Source of the DNA: Myxococcota bacterium
GTDB taxonomy: Bacteria; Myxococcota_A; UBA9160; UBA4427
Assembly: GCA_965250285.1 (NCBI GenBank)
Contig: OZ252299.1
Location: 2,304,001-2,368,000 of the forward strand
Length of the DNA: 64,000 nucleotides
Reading direction: 5' to 3'
Part shown: positions 53,788 to 64,000 of the stretch, piece after piece
Layout of the letters: the number at the start of each line of letters is the position of its first letter
How positions within the stretch are numbered: position 1 is the stretch's first letter
Made by a program: the position numbers and the translations under genes
The notes under the pieces: generated by a model
The model's input: only the letters and a program-made list of their open reading frames with translations
Database searches by the model: none
Told to the model about the DNA's origin: nothing

Positions 53788-54417
53788 TCACGCGCTGCGT
53801 CCGCGTACCGACGACGCCACTCGATCCCGGGCGAGTGGGTCCGCTGCAGAGGGCGCCCCGCCCTGTCGATCGAGCGCGATCGCGCAGAGCCCATCCGACT
53901 CGATGCGAAGCGGCCCACCGAAGAGGTTGTAGAAGTTCTCGGCGGCGTTGACGAATGTGATCTCGACGATCTCGCGCTCACCAAAGTGCTTCTGCAGTCG
54001 AGCAAAGGTCTCGTCGGTGACCTGGCAGCGGCGCGTCGCCTCCGACACGAAGTCGAGTGCTGCGCGCTCGCGCTCGTCGAAGAGCGGGTGCGTCGAGTAC
54101 TCGGGCAGCGCGTGCAGCTTCTCGAGTCCGACACCCGAGTCGATGGCCATCGCTTCGGCCATGTCGAGACAGAAGCCACAGCCGTTGAGGGCCGATGCCT
54201 GCGCCGTCAGCAGGAGCCGCAGCTCGGGGTCAATGCTCAGATCTCTCTCCATGATGCGCGACATCGAATACGACAGACGCGTGAGCGCCGGCACGCGCGC
54301 GTACGCGACCTTCATCGGGGTCATCACCTTGCCGAGCATTCGCCTCGACATCGCATAGGCGATCTTCATCATCAGGCCCTTCGGTACCTCGATCGGATCG
54401 AGTCGGGGCTCGGTCAT
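53788..54417 (-). CDS. Carboxymuconolactone decarboxylase / AhpD-like protein
   Basis: ASALNGCGFCLD, FDERERAAL, EREIVEI. Confidence 0.88.
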   Translation of the reverse strand: MTEPRLDPIEVPKGLMMKIAYAMSRRMLGKVMTPMKVAYARVPALTRLSYSMSRIMERDLSIDPELRLLLTAQASALNGCGFCLDMAEAMAIDSGVGLEKLHALPEYSTHPLFDERERAALDFVSEATRRCQVTDETFARLQKHFGEREIVEITFVNAAENFYNLFGGPLRIESDGLCAIALDRQGGAPSAADPLARDRVASSVRGRSA

Positions 54418-54839
54418 CGTGCGTCTCCTTCGTGGTCGGGCGCGTCGGTGGCTCTCAGCTGCGAGAACGCCGCAGCCGAAATGAGCAGCGCGGGCAGATA
54501 GACGCCCCACGCATCGAGCAGCAGGTGGTCCGATTCGAGCAGACCCCGTGCGACATCGTGGATGTGCAGCGCGGCGTGGGCGATATAGAAGCCCGCCGTC
54601 GTGACCACGAGCGGCTTGCGCCAACAGGGCTCGCGCCACGCCCAGAACAGGGCAGCCGAAAACGTCAGGAATGCGCAGCCGATGTCGCGGACGAAGTGGG
54701 CGTTGAGGGGCCCCGTATCGGGCACGCCGGCGGGCAGGTGGTGATACCAGTGCGCTGGGTCGACGAGCATCCAGACGCCGTTCAGCGCACCCCCCAGCGC
54801 GAGGAACAGCAGAACCCAGCCCCACAGATCGCGTGTCAT
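54414..54839 (-). CDS. Small 4-TM membrane protein
   Basis: NGVWML.DPAHWY, TGPLNAHFVRDIG; overlaps downstream start (ATGA). Confidence 0.8.
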   Translation of the reverse strand: MTRDLWGWVLLFLALGGALNGVWMLVDPAHWYHHLPAGVPDTGPLNAHFVRDIGCAFLTFSAALFWAWREPCWRKPLVVTTAGFYIAHAALHIHDVARGLLESDHLLLDAWGVYLPALLISAAAFSQLRATDAPDHEGDAR

Positions 54840-54861
54840 CGTTCTGCTCCCGCTCGACGCA

Positions 54862-56367
54862 TCAGGCCGAGCTCCGTGCGCGCCGCAGGCCCGACACCAG
54901 ACCGGCGAGCTCGCCGATGCCGGCGTCGATGGCGTCCGTCGACTCGTTGACGAACGAGAGGATCAGACTGCGGCGCCCGACATCGTCGACCGTGCACATC
55001 TCACCGCGGCCGTACGCGATGCCCGCCGCGGCGGCCTCGCCCGCCAGCGCGTCGGGATCGACGTCGCGCGGCAACGTGAGCCAGACGAGTCGCCCGCCCG
55101 ACGGACGGGTCCACGCGACGTCGTTGGGCATGTGTCGATCGAGGGCCTCGAGCAGCGCAGCCCGCCGCGCGGCATGCAGGCGGCGCACGCGCCGCACGTG
55201 CTTCTCGAGCGCACCCGAGGCCAGCAGGTCGGCGACCACGGCTTGCGAGACGATGTCGCCCCCCATGTCGGCGAAGAAGCGGGTGGCGGTCAGGTGAACC
55301 AGCAGCGCGCGTGCGGCGACGACGTACCCCACCCGCAGCCCCGGAAAGAGGGCCTTCGAGAAGGTGCCGACGTAGATCACGCGCCCGGCCGGGTCGCGCG
55401 TCTTGAGCGCGGGCAACGGCGGTCCGGCGAACCTGAGCTCGCTGTCGTAGTCGTCCTCGACGATCGGCACGTGATGACGATCGGAGAGGTCGAGCAGCGC
55501 TTCGCGCCGCGCCGCATCGAGCGTCACACCGGTCGGCACCTGCGCCGATGGCGTCGTATAGACGAGCTTGGCTCGGGTACCGCGCAGTGCGCGTGCGAGG
55601 GCCTCGGTGACCAGGCCGCGATCGTCGACCGGGATCGGCAGCAGCTCGGCGCCGGCGCGTCGAAACGCGCGCGCCGCGCCGAAGTAGCCGGGCTCCTCCA
55701 TCGCCACGATGTCGCCCGAATCGATGAGCGTGCGCGCCACGAGATCGAGCCCCTGCTGCGCCCCGCTCACGACCAGAACGTCCTCGGGTTCGCAGGCGAT
55801 CCCTCGCGACACCAACGAGAGCGAGATCTCTTCGCGCAGCGGCCCGTAGCCGCGGGGATCGTCGGCGTTGGCCAGCTGCGAGAGGCGATCGCCGACCGCG
55901 CGGCCCCAAGCGCGCTTCAGCTCGGCCGCGGGCAGCGCCTCGGCGTCGACGCGCCCTCCGCGAAAGTCGAAACGGATCGGGACGTCCGGGCGCACCGTCG
56001 CGGGACGAGGCGGCGGCCACGCTCGGCGCTCGGCGCGGCTCAGCAGGGCATCCCATGCAAAGCCCGCCCGTTCGGGCGGCGCCGCATCGGCGGTCGTGCC
56101 ACGGAACGCCCGCAGGTTCGGTCGCGGCGCGACGAAGGTCCCGCGCCCGACGCGCGCGCGGGCGACGCCATCGTCGATCAGCGCCTGGTAGGCCTGGCTG
56201 ACCGAGTTGCGTCCGATGCCGAGCTGGCCCGCGAGCTCGCGCGAGGGCGGGAGCCGCTCGCCCGGCAGGATTCGCCCCGCGGCGATCCACTCGCGCAGGT
56301 GGCGCTCGAGCTGACGCCAGACGGGCTCATCGCGGTCGGGATCGGGCTGAAAGACGAAGTCGAGCAC
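54862..56367 (-). CDS. MocR/GabR family regulator (GntR HTH + PLP aminotransferase fold)
   Basis: GERLPPSRELA, GRGTFV, GAQQGLDL, EDDYDSE, GTFSKALFPGLRVGY. Confidence 0.93.
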   Translation of the reverse strand: MLDFVFQPDPDRDEPVWRQLERHLREWIAAGRILPGERLPPSRELAGQLGIGRNSVSQAYQALIDDGVARARVGRGTFVAPRPNLRAFRGTTADAAPPERAGFAWDALLSRAERRAWPPPRPATVRPDVPIRFDFRGGRVDAEALPAAELKRAWGRAVGDRLSQLANADDPRGYGPLREEISLSLVSRGIACEPEDVLVVSGAQQGLDLVARTLIDSGDIVAMEEPGYFGAARAFRRAGAELLPIPVDDRGLVTEALARALRGTRAKLVYTTPSAQVPTGVTLDAARREALLDLSDRHHVPIVEDDYDSELRFAGPPLPALKTRDPAGRVIYVGTFSKALFPGLRVGYVVAARALLVHLTATRFFADMGGDIVSQAVVADLLASGALEKHVRRVRRLHAARRAALLEALDRHMPNDVAWTRPSGGRLVWLTLPRDVDPDALAGEAAAAGIAYGRGEMCTVDDVGRRSLILSFVNESTDAIDAGIGELAGLVSGLRRARSSA

Positions 56368-56383
56368 ATGCCGAGAGTACGGG

Positions 56384-56433
56384 ACCAATTTGGACCCGAA
56401 AGAGCCAATCTGAACCCCGACTCGCATCCAATC
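56384..56433. promoter_or_regulatory. Probable MocR binding sites
   Basis: Three CCAAT repeats and TGG-N11-CCA immediately upstream of the mocR start. Confidence 0.55.
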
Positions 56434-56796
56434 AAACTGTCGGCGACGTCAAGCGCCCGAGAGCCCGTCGCGCTCGGTGCCGGCGCCCACGCGACGCTCT
56501 GCGCGCTGACCCCCGCCACCGGCCGCTCGCAGCCACGGGACTGCGCCCGCGCCGGACGCCCCCGAGCCGATCCGGTCGGCGAGCGACCCGTCGCTGCCCG
56601 GCACCGCCCGGCACTGCAGCAGCCGGTTGCTCCCGCACTGAAACCGCTTGCTCGACGCCGACGCGTGACCACGCTTCGAACACGAGGGACAGCGTGCGTG
56701 GTTCGGCCCATGCAGGCTCGCGGAGTGTGCCCATCTACACTGGGCCTCGACGAATCATGGGCGTGCGATGCGCCCCCCACCGCCGAAGGAGAATCG

Positions 56797-57069
56797 ATGG
56801 GCATCCGAGACCGAATCGACCAGGAACTCGACCGCATTCAAGCGCTCCGCGAAGAGCTCGACGTGCAGGCGCACCTCGCTCGCATCGAAGCGCAAGACGA
56901 GCTGAACGAGATCTGGAAGAAGGCCGAGCACGCTCGAGCAAAGCTCGAAGCCGAGGTGACCCGCATCAAGGAAGGCGCCGAGGAGCCGCTCGAGAGCGTC
57001 GGCGACGCCGCCGAGATGCTCATCGACGAGATCAAGAGCAGCTACACCAAGCTCAAGGACCTCATCTGA
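56797..57069 (+). CDS. Small coiled-coil hypothetical protein
   Basis: RBS GAAGGAG; MGIRDRIDQELDRIQALREELDVQAHLAR...; 90 aa. Confidence 0.8.
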   Translation: MGIRDRIDQELDRIQALREELDVQAHLARIEAQDELNEIWKKAEHARAKLEAEVTRIKEGAEEPLESVGDAAEMLIDEIKSSYTKLKDLI

Positions 57070-57071
57070 CC

Positions 57072-58286
57072 TTGGCCGACTCACGAGCGCGCGGGCACGA
57101 TCGGGTCGAGTGGGTTTCGAAGCGCGCCGCGCTGGCGGCCTGCTTCATCTTCCTCTTCGCATCGTCATCCCCGGTCGCCGCCGGTGACGACGCATCGGGG
57201 GCAGCGCTGAAACCGCGGATGCACGAGGTGTATGCCGCGATCGAGGTGCTGCTCCCGCTGACGCGAGACACCCAGGTGTGGGCCGATCCGGCTCGACGGG
57301 ACGAGATTCAGGCGAATCTCGACCTGCTCGCGCAAGCCGCGACGGGCGTCGAGGCGCACGGCCAGTCGCGCGACCCGAGCTTCATGCTCCTGTCGCGCTC
57401 GCTCGCCGCGGATCTCACCGACGTGCAGCATCGCTTCGAGCTCGGTCGGCTCGAAGAGTCGCGCTTCCTGCTCATGCAGGCGACGTCGAACTGCGTCGCC
57501 TGCCATGAGCGCCTTCCCGCACAGGGCGACTCGCCGCTCGGCAAGTCGCTGCTCGAAGCCATGGACGTGGGTGACCTGCCGGTCTACGACCGCATCCACT
57601 CGCAGCTCATCACGCGCCAGTTCGACACGGCGATGAACGATCTCGAGGCTGCGCTGGTCGACCCGCGCGTGCGACCTCAGGATCTCGACTTCTCGGGCAG
57701 CCTCGTCGACTACCTGACCGTCGGTGTGCGCGTGAAGCGCGATCCCGACCGCGTGATCCGTCACCTGAAGCGCTTCGCGAAGCGGGCCGACCTGCCGAAG
57801 TATCTCTCGGTGCACGTCGACGATTGGATCGAAGACCTCGAGGACACGAAGCAGGCGCTGAAGTCGAAGAAGCCGCTCAAGGATGCGCGCAAGCTCGTGC
57901 GTCACGGCGACGGCGACGAGCCGCGTCCGCTGTCCCGCGACAGCACGGTCACCGACATCGTCGCGTCGAGCCTGCTGCTGCGATTCATCGACTCGCAAGA
58001 GGGCACGCCCGAAGAGCGGGCCGAGGCGTTCTACCTGCTCGGCACGGCGGAGAGCCGCGGGATCGACTCGCCGTGGATCCCGCAGGCGGGCACGCACCTC
58101 GAAATGGCGATTCGACTCGCACCCGGCGCCCCGTTCGCAGAGAACGCCTACCTCGCGCTCGAGGAGAGCTTCTACCTCGACTACGGCGGCGTCTCGGGCG
58201 AGACGCCGCTGCCCCTCGACGTCTCGACGAAGCTCGAAGAGCTGATGGGTCTGATCGCGGCTGCGCAGCGCTCCGACGACGACTGA
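57072..58286 (+). CDS. Exported monoheme c-type cytochrome with helical/TPR-like C-terminal region
   Basis: Signal-like FIFLFASSSPVAA, NCVACH at end of helical domain, ERAEAFYLLG. Start uncertain. Confidence 0.7.
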   Translation: MADSRARGHDRVEWVSKRAALAACFIFLFASSSPVAAGDDASGAALKPRMHEVYAAIEVLLPLTRDTQVWADPARRDEIQANLDLLAQAATGVEAHGQSRDPSFMLLSRSLAADLTDVQHRFELGRLEESRFLLMQATSNCVACHERLPAQGDSPLGKSLLEAMDVGDLPVYDRIHSQLITRQFDTAMNDLEAALVDPRVRPQDLDFSGSLVDYLTVGVRVKRDPDRVIRHLKRFAKRADLPKYLSVHVDDWIEDLEDTKQALKSKKPLKDARKLVRHGDGDEPRPLSRDSTVTDIVASSLLLRFIDSQEGTPEERAEAFYLLGTAESRGIDSPWIPQAGTHLEMAIRLAPGAPFAENAYLALEESFYLDYGGVSGETPLPLDVSTKLEELMGLIAAAQRSDDD

Positions 58287-58309
58287 CCGCGGGAGATGCG
58301 CGCGCTCAC

Positions 58310-59260
58310 TCAGGCGTCGTAGTCGATCAACACCGCGAGCCAGTCGTCGGGCTCGCGCAGCAGCCCTTCGTATGCGCGCTGTGCGTCGAGGCCGAACGGG
58401 ATGCGCTCGCTCACGAGGGGGTCGACGAGGACGCGCTCGCTCGTGAGCAGCGCTTCGAGGAACGCGTCGTAGCGCTGTCGCTCTGCGCGGCTCTTGCGCC
58501 ACTCGTGTGCGCCCACCAGCTGAACGCCGCGATGATGAATGTCGAAGTAGGGATCGATCTCGACGCGCTCGCGCGGACTCGACAGCACGATGACCCGGCC
58601 GTCCGGCTCGACCGCATCGAGGGCCGCACGCACCGAGGCCGCACTGCCCGCAGCCTCGACGACGTATGCAGCGCGGGCGTCCGGGGCCCCGGGATCGAGC
58701 CCGCATCGCCGGGCGGTCTGCATGCGCTCCTCGCTCCGCTCCCACACCTGAACGGGGTGGGCACCCGCCACGCGGCAGAGCTGCGCCGCCAGATTGCCGA
58801 CGAGACCGCACCCGATCACGAGCACCGACTCACCGAAGCGAACCGGTGAGAGCAGCTGGGGCGTCGAGGCGATCTGTAGCAGCTTGTGGAACACCGCCCG
58901 CTCGTCGTCGAGGTCGTCGCCCAGCGCGATGAGCGAATCGACCGGCTGCACGGACACGGTCGCGTGGGGTGCCGTACCGAGGACGCGGTCGCCCGGCGCG
59001 AACCCGTCCACGCCCTCGCCGACCGACTCGACGACGGCGACCGTCGCGTAGCCCGGGTGAAACGGATAGCCGGCCCAGTGGTCGGGGACGTCGAAGCCGC
59101 GGTGGGTCTTCGCGAAGATCGCAAGCTCGGTGCCCGGCGAAATCAGCCCCAGCCGACTGCGCAGGCGGACCTCACCGAGGCCCGGCTCGCCCACCACGGC
59201 GCGCTCGACTTCACAGGTCAACGGTGCGGTGAATACCAGGCGCTCGGACTCGACCGGCAC
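58310..59260 (-). CDS. Medium-chain dehydrogenase/reductase (zinc-binding ADH-like)
   Basis: ISPGTE, PGYATVAVVESVGEGV, GCGLVG, VVEAAG. Confidence 0.85.
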   Translation of the reverse strand: MPVESERLVFTAPLTCEVERAVVGEPGLGEVRLRSRLGLISPGTELAIFAKTHRGFDVPDHWAGYPFHPGYATVAVVESVGEGVDGFAPGDRVLGTAPHATVSVQPVDSLIALGDDLDDERAVFHKLLQIASTPQLLSPVRFGESVLVIGCGLVGNLAAQLCRVAGAHPVQVWERSEERMQTARRCGLDPGAPDARAAYVVEAAGSAASVRAALDAVEPDGRVIVLSSPRERVEIDPYFDIHHRGVQLVGAHEWRKSRAERQRYDAFLEALLTSERVLVDPLVSERIPFGLDAQRAYEGLLREPDDWLAVLIDYDA

Positions 59261-59415
59261 GGCCCCCTCCTCGCCCGAGGATCGGTCCTCGTCGCGCCCT
59301 GCGCGAGGCCGCTCGATCATCGTCACCGATTCGTCGTCGTGTGCTTCCGATCCCCGGCAGGCCGCGCGCGGGCGCGCGCTGATCCCCGCGCGTCCCTGCG
59401 TGATAGGGTGACCGC

Positions 59416-59874
59416 ATGCTCGCCCTGCCCCAGCCCGGTGGTTGCCTCTGCGGCGACGTGCGCTTCTCGCTGCGTGAATCGCCGCTGACCGTCTACGCCT
59501 GCCACTGCACCGATTGCCAGACCGAAACGGGCTCGAGCTGCGTGGTCTCGGTGGTCGCGAAGCAGAGCGCGATCGACTGGTCCGGGGCGCGGCCCGAGCC
59601 CTTCGGTGTCGAACTGCCCGATGGCCGCAGCAAGATCCTGCGACGCTGCCCGCGGTGCATGGGACCGATCGGCAGCGTCGAGCGGCCCGACGGGCTCGTC
59701 TCGATCGATGCAGGCGTCTTCGACGACACATCGTGGATCCAGCCCGCCGGCCATATCTTCACGCGCAGCGCGCAGCCCTGGGTGCGCTTCGCCGACGACG
59801 TCCTCCAGCACGCCGGGCCACCGAGCCAGGCCGACTTCGTCGAGCTCGTCCGAATCTGGCGAAATCGCGAGTGA
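59416..59874 (+). CDS. GFA/CENP-V family Zn-binding protein
   Basis: GGCLCGDVRF, CHCTDCQ, CPRC, HIFTRSAQPW. Confidence 0.92.
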   Translation: MLALPQPGGCLCGDVRFSLRESPLTVYACHCTDCQTETGSSCVVSVVAKQSAIDWSGARPEPFGVELPDGRSKILRRCPRCMGPIGSVERPDGLVSIDAGVFDDTSWIQPAGHIFTRSAQPWVRFADDVLQHAGPPSQADFVELVRIWRNRE

Positions 59875-60015
59875 GTCGGGTGATGTCGAGCCGAGCGCTG
59901 CGCATCGGCGTCGCCTCCTCCCGCCCCGATCGACCTCGATTCAGCCCGAATGCGGCCCGCTCGGCGGGTGGCTCGCGTAGAATGGTCACGCCCTAATGGC
60001 ATTAGGAGATCGGCC

Positions 60016-62301
60016 ATGTTCCCTCGCTCTGCGCTTCAGCGCCGCGCCACTGCGCGTGCGGCGACCCTGCTGGCCCTGGTCGCGCCGCTGATGGCCTGTG
60101 ACGACGGCTTCGTCGATCGCGTCGAGTTCGCCGAGCGGCAGGGCGACTACCTGGCCTTCGCGACGTCGACCCCGCTCAACCCGGGCAGCACGCTCAACGT
60201 GCTCAACCACCTCGAGCGCGCTGATCGCGACGCGGGCTACGACGTGCCAGACGGTGCCGTACCGGCCGGTGCCTGGCAGCCCATCTTCGACAAGCTCTTT
60301 CAGCTGAGGGACACGAGCGACTTCGACCTGCTCTACCTGAACAACCTGATCGAGGCGCACGGCGGTCATCCCGCCGTCGACGCGCAGAACTGGGCCGATG
60401 CGAAGACGGCGATCCTCGACTTCAAGTACTGGTACAGCGATCCCACGCCCGAACGCACCTTCGACGGCGCCCCCGTGGTCGATCAGATGTGGTACTGGAC
60501 CGAGAATCACGTCCTCCTCTTCAGGGTGAACGAGTACCTCGCCGGGCAGCGCTGGCCGGCCGAGACCTTCAGCGTCACAGGACAAACCGGCGCCTGGCAT
60601 CGCGCACGCGCCGCCGCCGAGATCCGCCGCTGGCTCGACGAACGCGCGCGCTTCGGCTTCGCCGAGTGGCACTCGGACGTGTACTACCAGAAGGATCTCA
60701 CGCCCCTGCTCTCGCTGGTCGAGTGGGCCGAAGACCGCGACATCGCCGAGCGCGCCGAGATGGTGCTCGACGTGCTGCTGCTCGACATGGCGCACCAGAC
60801 GCATCGCGGCAACTTCGGCGCCACCCACGGTCGTTCGTACGTCAAAGACAAGGCGACAGCCGCGACCCAGGATGTCTTCCACGGCCTCAAGCTGCTCTTC
60901 GACGACACCGAGCTCCCGTACCGCAGCGCGGGCGCCGCCGATGCGTCGCTGCTCTCAGCCGCCTCCGACTACCGCATGCCCCGCGTGATCCTCGACATCG
61001 CGCGCTACGACGAACCCATGACGACGCGGCAGCGCATGAATCTGCCGATCGTCGAAGAGCCCGACCCCGATCCGAACGTCGGGCCGCCGCCGGCTCCGTA
61101 CGGCTTCGACTTCGACGACGAGGACAACCTGCCCCTCTGGTGGTCGTACAATGCGATGACGACGTGGAACCTCGTTCGCCTGACCCTCGAGGTCGGCGAG
61201 CGCGAGAACCTCTGGGCCGCGCAGTTCGCCGAGTTTCAGCTGCTGCGCGACATCGTCTGGGTCGACGGCGACCTCGACGCCAGCGTCGCCAACGCACGCC
61301 CCTGGCTCGTCGCGCTGTGGCGCGCGATCAACTTCGCGCTGCTCAGCGAGGTCAACACGAAGACGTATCGCACCGCCGACTACATGCTCTCGACGGCACT
61401 CGACTACCGCAAGGGCGCGCGCGGCTCGCAGACCCACATCTCTCAGGCCACCCTCGACGAGAACGCGGTCGTCTTCGTACAGCACCCGACGTACGTGCCC
61501 GTCGCACCCGGTGAACCGGTGCCCACCGACTGGAACTGGCAGCGCGAGGATGAGCCCGGGCCTGGCTACTGGACCGGCAGCGCCGCCGAACCGAGGGCCG
61601 CGCAGGTCGGCAACGTATCGATCCAGATCTTTGCGCCGCAGTACGCTCCGAACCCGGCGCTCGGCTTCGACTACATCGAGGAAACCCACGCGTACTTTCC
61701 GCACGCGCACTTCGACGAGGTCGTGCAGGAGGGCCCGTGGACGTTCGGGCGCAAAGGCGACGCCTACATCGGGCTCTGGTCGCACCGGCCAACCCAGTGG
61801 CGAGACGGCCAGCCCGAGGTCTGGGACAATCGGGACCTGCCCTTCGACCTCGTCGCACCGGGCAGCGCGTCCAACGTGTGGATCATGGAGCTCGGCAGCG
61901 CCCGCGAGCACGGCGACTTCGCATCCTTCCGCGGCGCCCTCGGTTCAGCGGCGATCTCCGCCAGCGAAGTGGCCGACCAGGGCGGCGACGGCTTCGCCGA
62001 CGGCTACGCGGTGGTCTACGCGTCGCCCAGCCAGGGCGAGATCCGCTTCGACTGGCACGGCCCCCTGCTCGTGAACGGGGCCGAGGTACCGCTCGCCGAT
62101 TCGCCTCGCTTCTCGTCGCCCTTCCTCCACGTCGAGTTCGATACGCCCCGCTACGTGGTGACGACCGAAGACCACGAGCTGGTGATCGACTTCGAGACGG
62201 GCGAGCGCAGCGCATCGGCGCTGCGGGACGAAGGCGTGGGGGGCTTCTTCGAGCGGCTCTTCGACAAGCTGAAGCGCCGCGGCTTCGGCGCCTCGACCTG
62301 A
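60016..62301 (+). CDS. Large putative lipoprotein of unknown function, possibly heparinase/lyase-like fold
   Basis: Lipobox-like LMAC; WTENH, FAEWHSDVYY, HGRSY motifs; helical N half and beta-rich C half. Fold is inferred. Confidence 0.75.
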   Translation: MFPRSALQRRATARAATLLALVAPLMACDDGFVDRVEFAERQGDYLAFATSTPLNPGSTLNVLNHLERADRDAGYDVPDGAVPAGAWQPIFDKLFQLRDTSDFDLLYLNNLIEAHGGHPAVDAQNWADAKTAILDFKYWYSDPTPERTFDGAPVVDQMWYWTENHVLLFRVNEYLAGQRWPAETFSVTGQTGAWHRARAAAEIRRWLDERARFGFAEWHSDVYYQKDLTPLLSLVEWAEDRDIAERAEMVLDVLLLDMAHQTHRGNFGATHGRSYVKDKATAATQDVFHGLKLLFDDTELPYRSAGAADASLLSAASDYRMPRVILDIARYDEPMTTRQRMNLPIVEEPDPDPNVGPPPAPYGFDFDDEDNLPLWWSYNAMTTWNLVRLTLEVGERENLWAAQFAEFQLLRDIVWVDGDLDASVANARPWLVALWRAINFALLSEVNTKTYRTADYMLSTALDYRKGARGSQTHISQATLDENAVVFVQHPTYVPVAPGEPVPTDWNWQREDEPGPGYWTGSAAEPRAAQVGNVSIQIFAPQYAPNPALGFDYIEETHAYFPHAHFDEVVQEGPWTFGRKGDAYIGLWSHRPTQWRDGQPEVWDNRDLPFDLVAPGSASNVWIMELGSAREHGDFASFRGALGSAAISASEVADQGGDGFADGYAVVYASPSQGEIRFDWHGPLLVNGAEVPLADSPRFSSPFLHVEFDTPRYVVTTEDHELVIDFETGERSASALRDEGVGGFFERLFDKLKRRGFGAST

Positions 62302-62450
62302 AGCGGGGGCGCCGTCTTCGCTTCGAGCGTTCGTCCCCGAATCGTCACAACGATCTCCACACGGGCCCCTCCGTGTGATTCGCGCGGCGGCCGTCTTTGG
62401 CATGATCCCGGCGACGCGGCCGAACCGGCTGCGATGGGAGCGCCCTCTGC

Positions 62451-63389
62451 ATGACCGCCCCGCACGAGCGCATTCGGCCGAAGCGCGCGATCACCGGCAT
62501 GTCCGCGATCCTGCTGCCGTTCACAAACGATGGCGAGCCCGACCTCGCGGGCCTCGAAGCGCACATCGCGCGGACGCTCGATGAGGGCCTCGTGCCCGCC
62601 GTCAACATGGATACGGGCTACGTCCAGGCCATCGACACGAAGACCCGAACCCAGGTGCTCGACCTCTGCGCGGCGCAGACCAGCGACTTCGTGGCCGGCG
62701 CGTTCGTGAAGGACGCGCCCGGCGACCAGCTGAACGAGGCGGCCTATCAGCAGGCCGCCCAAGAGATCACCCAGCGCGGCGGCACGCCCGTCGTCTTCCC
62801 GTCGCACGGGCTGAACGCCCTCGACGGCCCCGACTGGGTCGCGGCCCAGGCGAGGATGGCGACGTCGTGGGATCACTACATCGGCTTCGAGCTCGGGCCG
62901 ATGTTCGTGCCCTACGGCCGCATCTACGACCTCGACGCCTATCGAATGTTGCTCGACGTGCCCCAGTGCCTGGGCGCAAAGCACTCGAGCCTCGACCGTG
63001 GCCTCGAGTGGCAGCGGCTCGAGCTGCGCGACGCGGTGCGCCCCGATTTCAAAGTCCTCACCGGCAACGACCTCGCCATCGACATGGTGATCTACGGCAG
63101 CGACTACCTGCTCGGCCTTTCGACCTGCGCCCCCGACGCCTTCGCCCTACGTGATCGGCTCTGGGCAGAAGGCGACGACCGCTTCTATGCGCTCAACGAC
63201 CTCTTGCAGTACCTCGGCGAGCTGATCTTCCGGCCGCCGGTGCCCTCGTACCGGCACAGCGCGGCCCAGCTGCTGAAGCTGCGCGGCTTCATCGAGAGCG
63301 ACGCCGCCCCCCCGGTCGTCGAGCCGCGACCGACCGGCGACATCGAGCTCTTGCGCGACATCGTCGAACGATTGGCGGACTGGCTCTGA
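62451..63389 (+). CDS. Dihydrodipicolinate synthase-like (class I aldolase) family protein
   Basis: SAILLPF, PAVNMDTG, GAKHSS, VLTGND. Confidence 0.8.
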   Translation: MTAPHERIRPKRAITGMSAILLPFTNDGEPDLAGLEAHIARTLDEGLVPAVNMDTGYVQAIDTKTRTQVLDLCAAQTSDFVAGAFVKDAPGDQLNEAAYQQAAQEITQRGGTPVVFPSHGLNALDGPDWVAAQARMATSWDHYIGFELGPMFVPYGRIYDLDAYRMLLDVPQCLGAKHSSLDRGLEWQRLELRDAVRPDFKVLTGNDLAIDMVIYGSDYLLGLSTCAPDAFALRDRLWAEGDDRFYALNDLLQYLGELIFRPPVPSYRHSAAQLLKLRGFIESDAAPPVVEPRPTGDIELLRDIVERLADWL

Positions 63390-64000
63390 TGGCGCCGCGG
63401 TTCGCCAAGATGTCCTCGTTCAAGGACGAGGCCGGCCTGCGCGCGACCCTCGACGCCCTCGACATCGATCTGCCCTTCCCGACCCGAGCGATCGACGAGA
63501 CGTTCGGCGGGTCGATCGAGCTGCGCGACGGCACCGCGGGCACCCGGCGTGTCGGCAACCGCTTCGCGATCCTCCCGATGGAGGGCTGGGACGGCACCCG
63601 CGCCGGCCGACCCACCGACCTCGTGCGCAGACGCTGGCGCCGCTTCGGCGCGGGCGGCGCCAAGATCGTGTGGTGCGAAGCCACGGCGGTGCGTCCGGAT
63701 GGTCGCGCGAACCCCAACCAGCTCGTGCTCGGCCCCGATGCAGTCGATGACTTTCGCGCCCTTCGCGAAGAGCTCGTCTCGGCGCACGCGGCGCGCTTCG
63801 AGACCACCGAGGATCTCGTGGTCGGTTTGCAACTCACGCACTCGGGGCGCTGGGCGCGGCCCGACGGTACGCCCCGCCCACGCACGGCGTTCGCGCACCC
63901 GCTCCTCGACGCGCGTGTGGACGCGGGCGCAGACGCGATTCTCTCCGACGAAGAGCTGGCCGGGCTCGTCGACGACTTCGTGGCCGCCGCCGAGCGCGCC
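63389..64000 (+). CDS. NADH:flavin oxidoreductase (old yellow enzyme family), truncated by window edge
   Basis: Not in ORF track. ATG overlaps upstream TGA; NRFAILPMEGWD, EATAVRPDGRANPNQL, GLQLTHSGR. Confidence 0.88.
   Translation, partial: MAPRFAKMSSFKDEAGLRATLDALDIDLPFPTRAIDETFGGSIELRDGTAGTRRVGNRFAILPMEGWDGTRAGRPTDLVRRRWRRFGAGGAKIVWCEATAVRPDGRANPNQLVLGPDAVDDFRALREELVSAHAARFETTEDLVVGLQLTHSGRWARPDGTPRPRTAFAHPLLDARVDAGADAILSDEELAGLVDDFVAAAERA

Overview
High-GC bacterial chromosomal segment, densely coding (about 55 genes). No rRNA, tRNA, CRISPR array or intact transposase was seen. Outer-membrane beta-barrels, YfiR and a chemoreceptor indicate a diderm organism. It also carries many actinobacterial-style lipid/steroid catabolic genes: chsH2-chsH1-ltp2, a FadA5-like thiolase, a ChsH2/ChsH1 fusion, a CYP144-like P450 and an EthA-like monooxygenase. 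A Myxococcota-like host is my guess and is not demonstrated. Items the ORF track hides: (1) two selenoproteins split at an in-frame UGA (W-U-P-x-C, each followed by a SECIS-like hairpin), one membrane-anchored and one fused to a DsbD-alpha-like domain; (2) two diverged copies of a ~314 bp IS5-derived MITE, each sitting on a CTAG that supplies a gene's stop codon and keeping a long hairpin and an intact 31-codon transposase-N-terminus ORF; (3) two tandem amplifications of gene 3' ends (icd x3, sulfatase x5); (4) YfiR coupled to a CHASE8-HAMP chemoreceptor rather than a diguanylate cyclase; (5) a PaiB gene broken by Trp-to-UGA; (6) several operator-like palindromes, including orphan TGAC-N7/8-GTCA boxes. 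Protein calls come from motif recognition by eye, with no database search. Start codons were chosen from RBS and context and are approximate.
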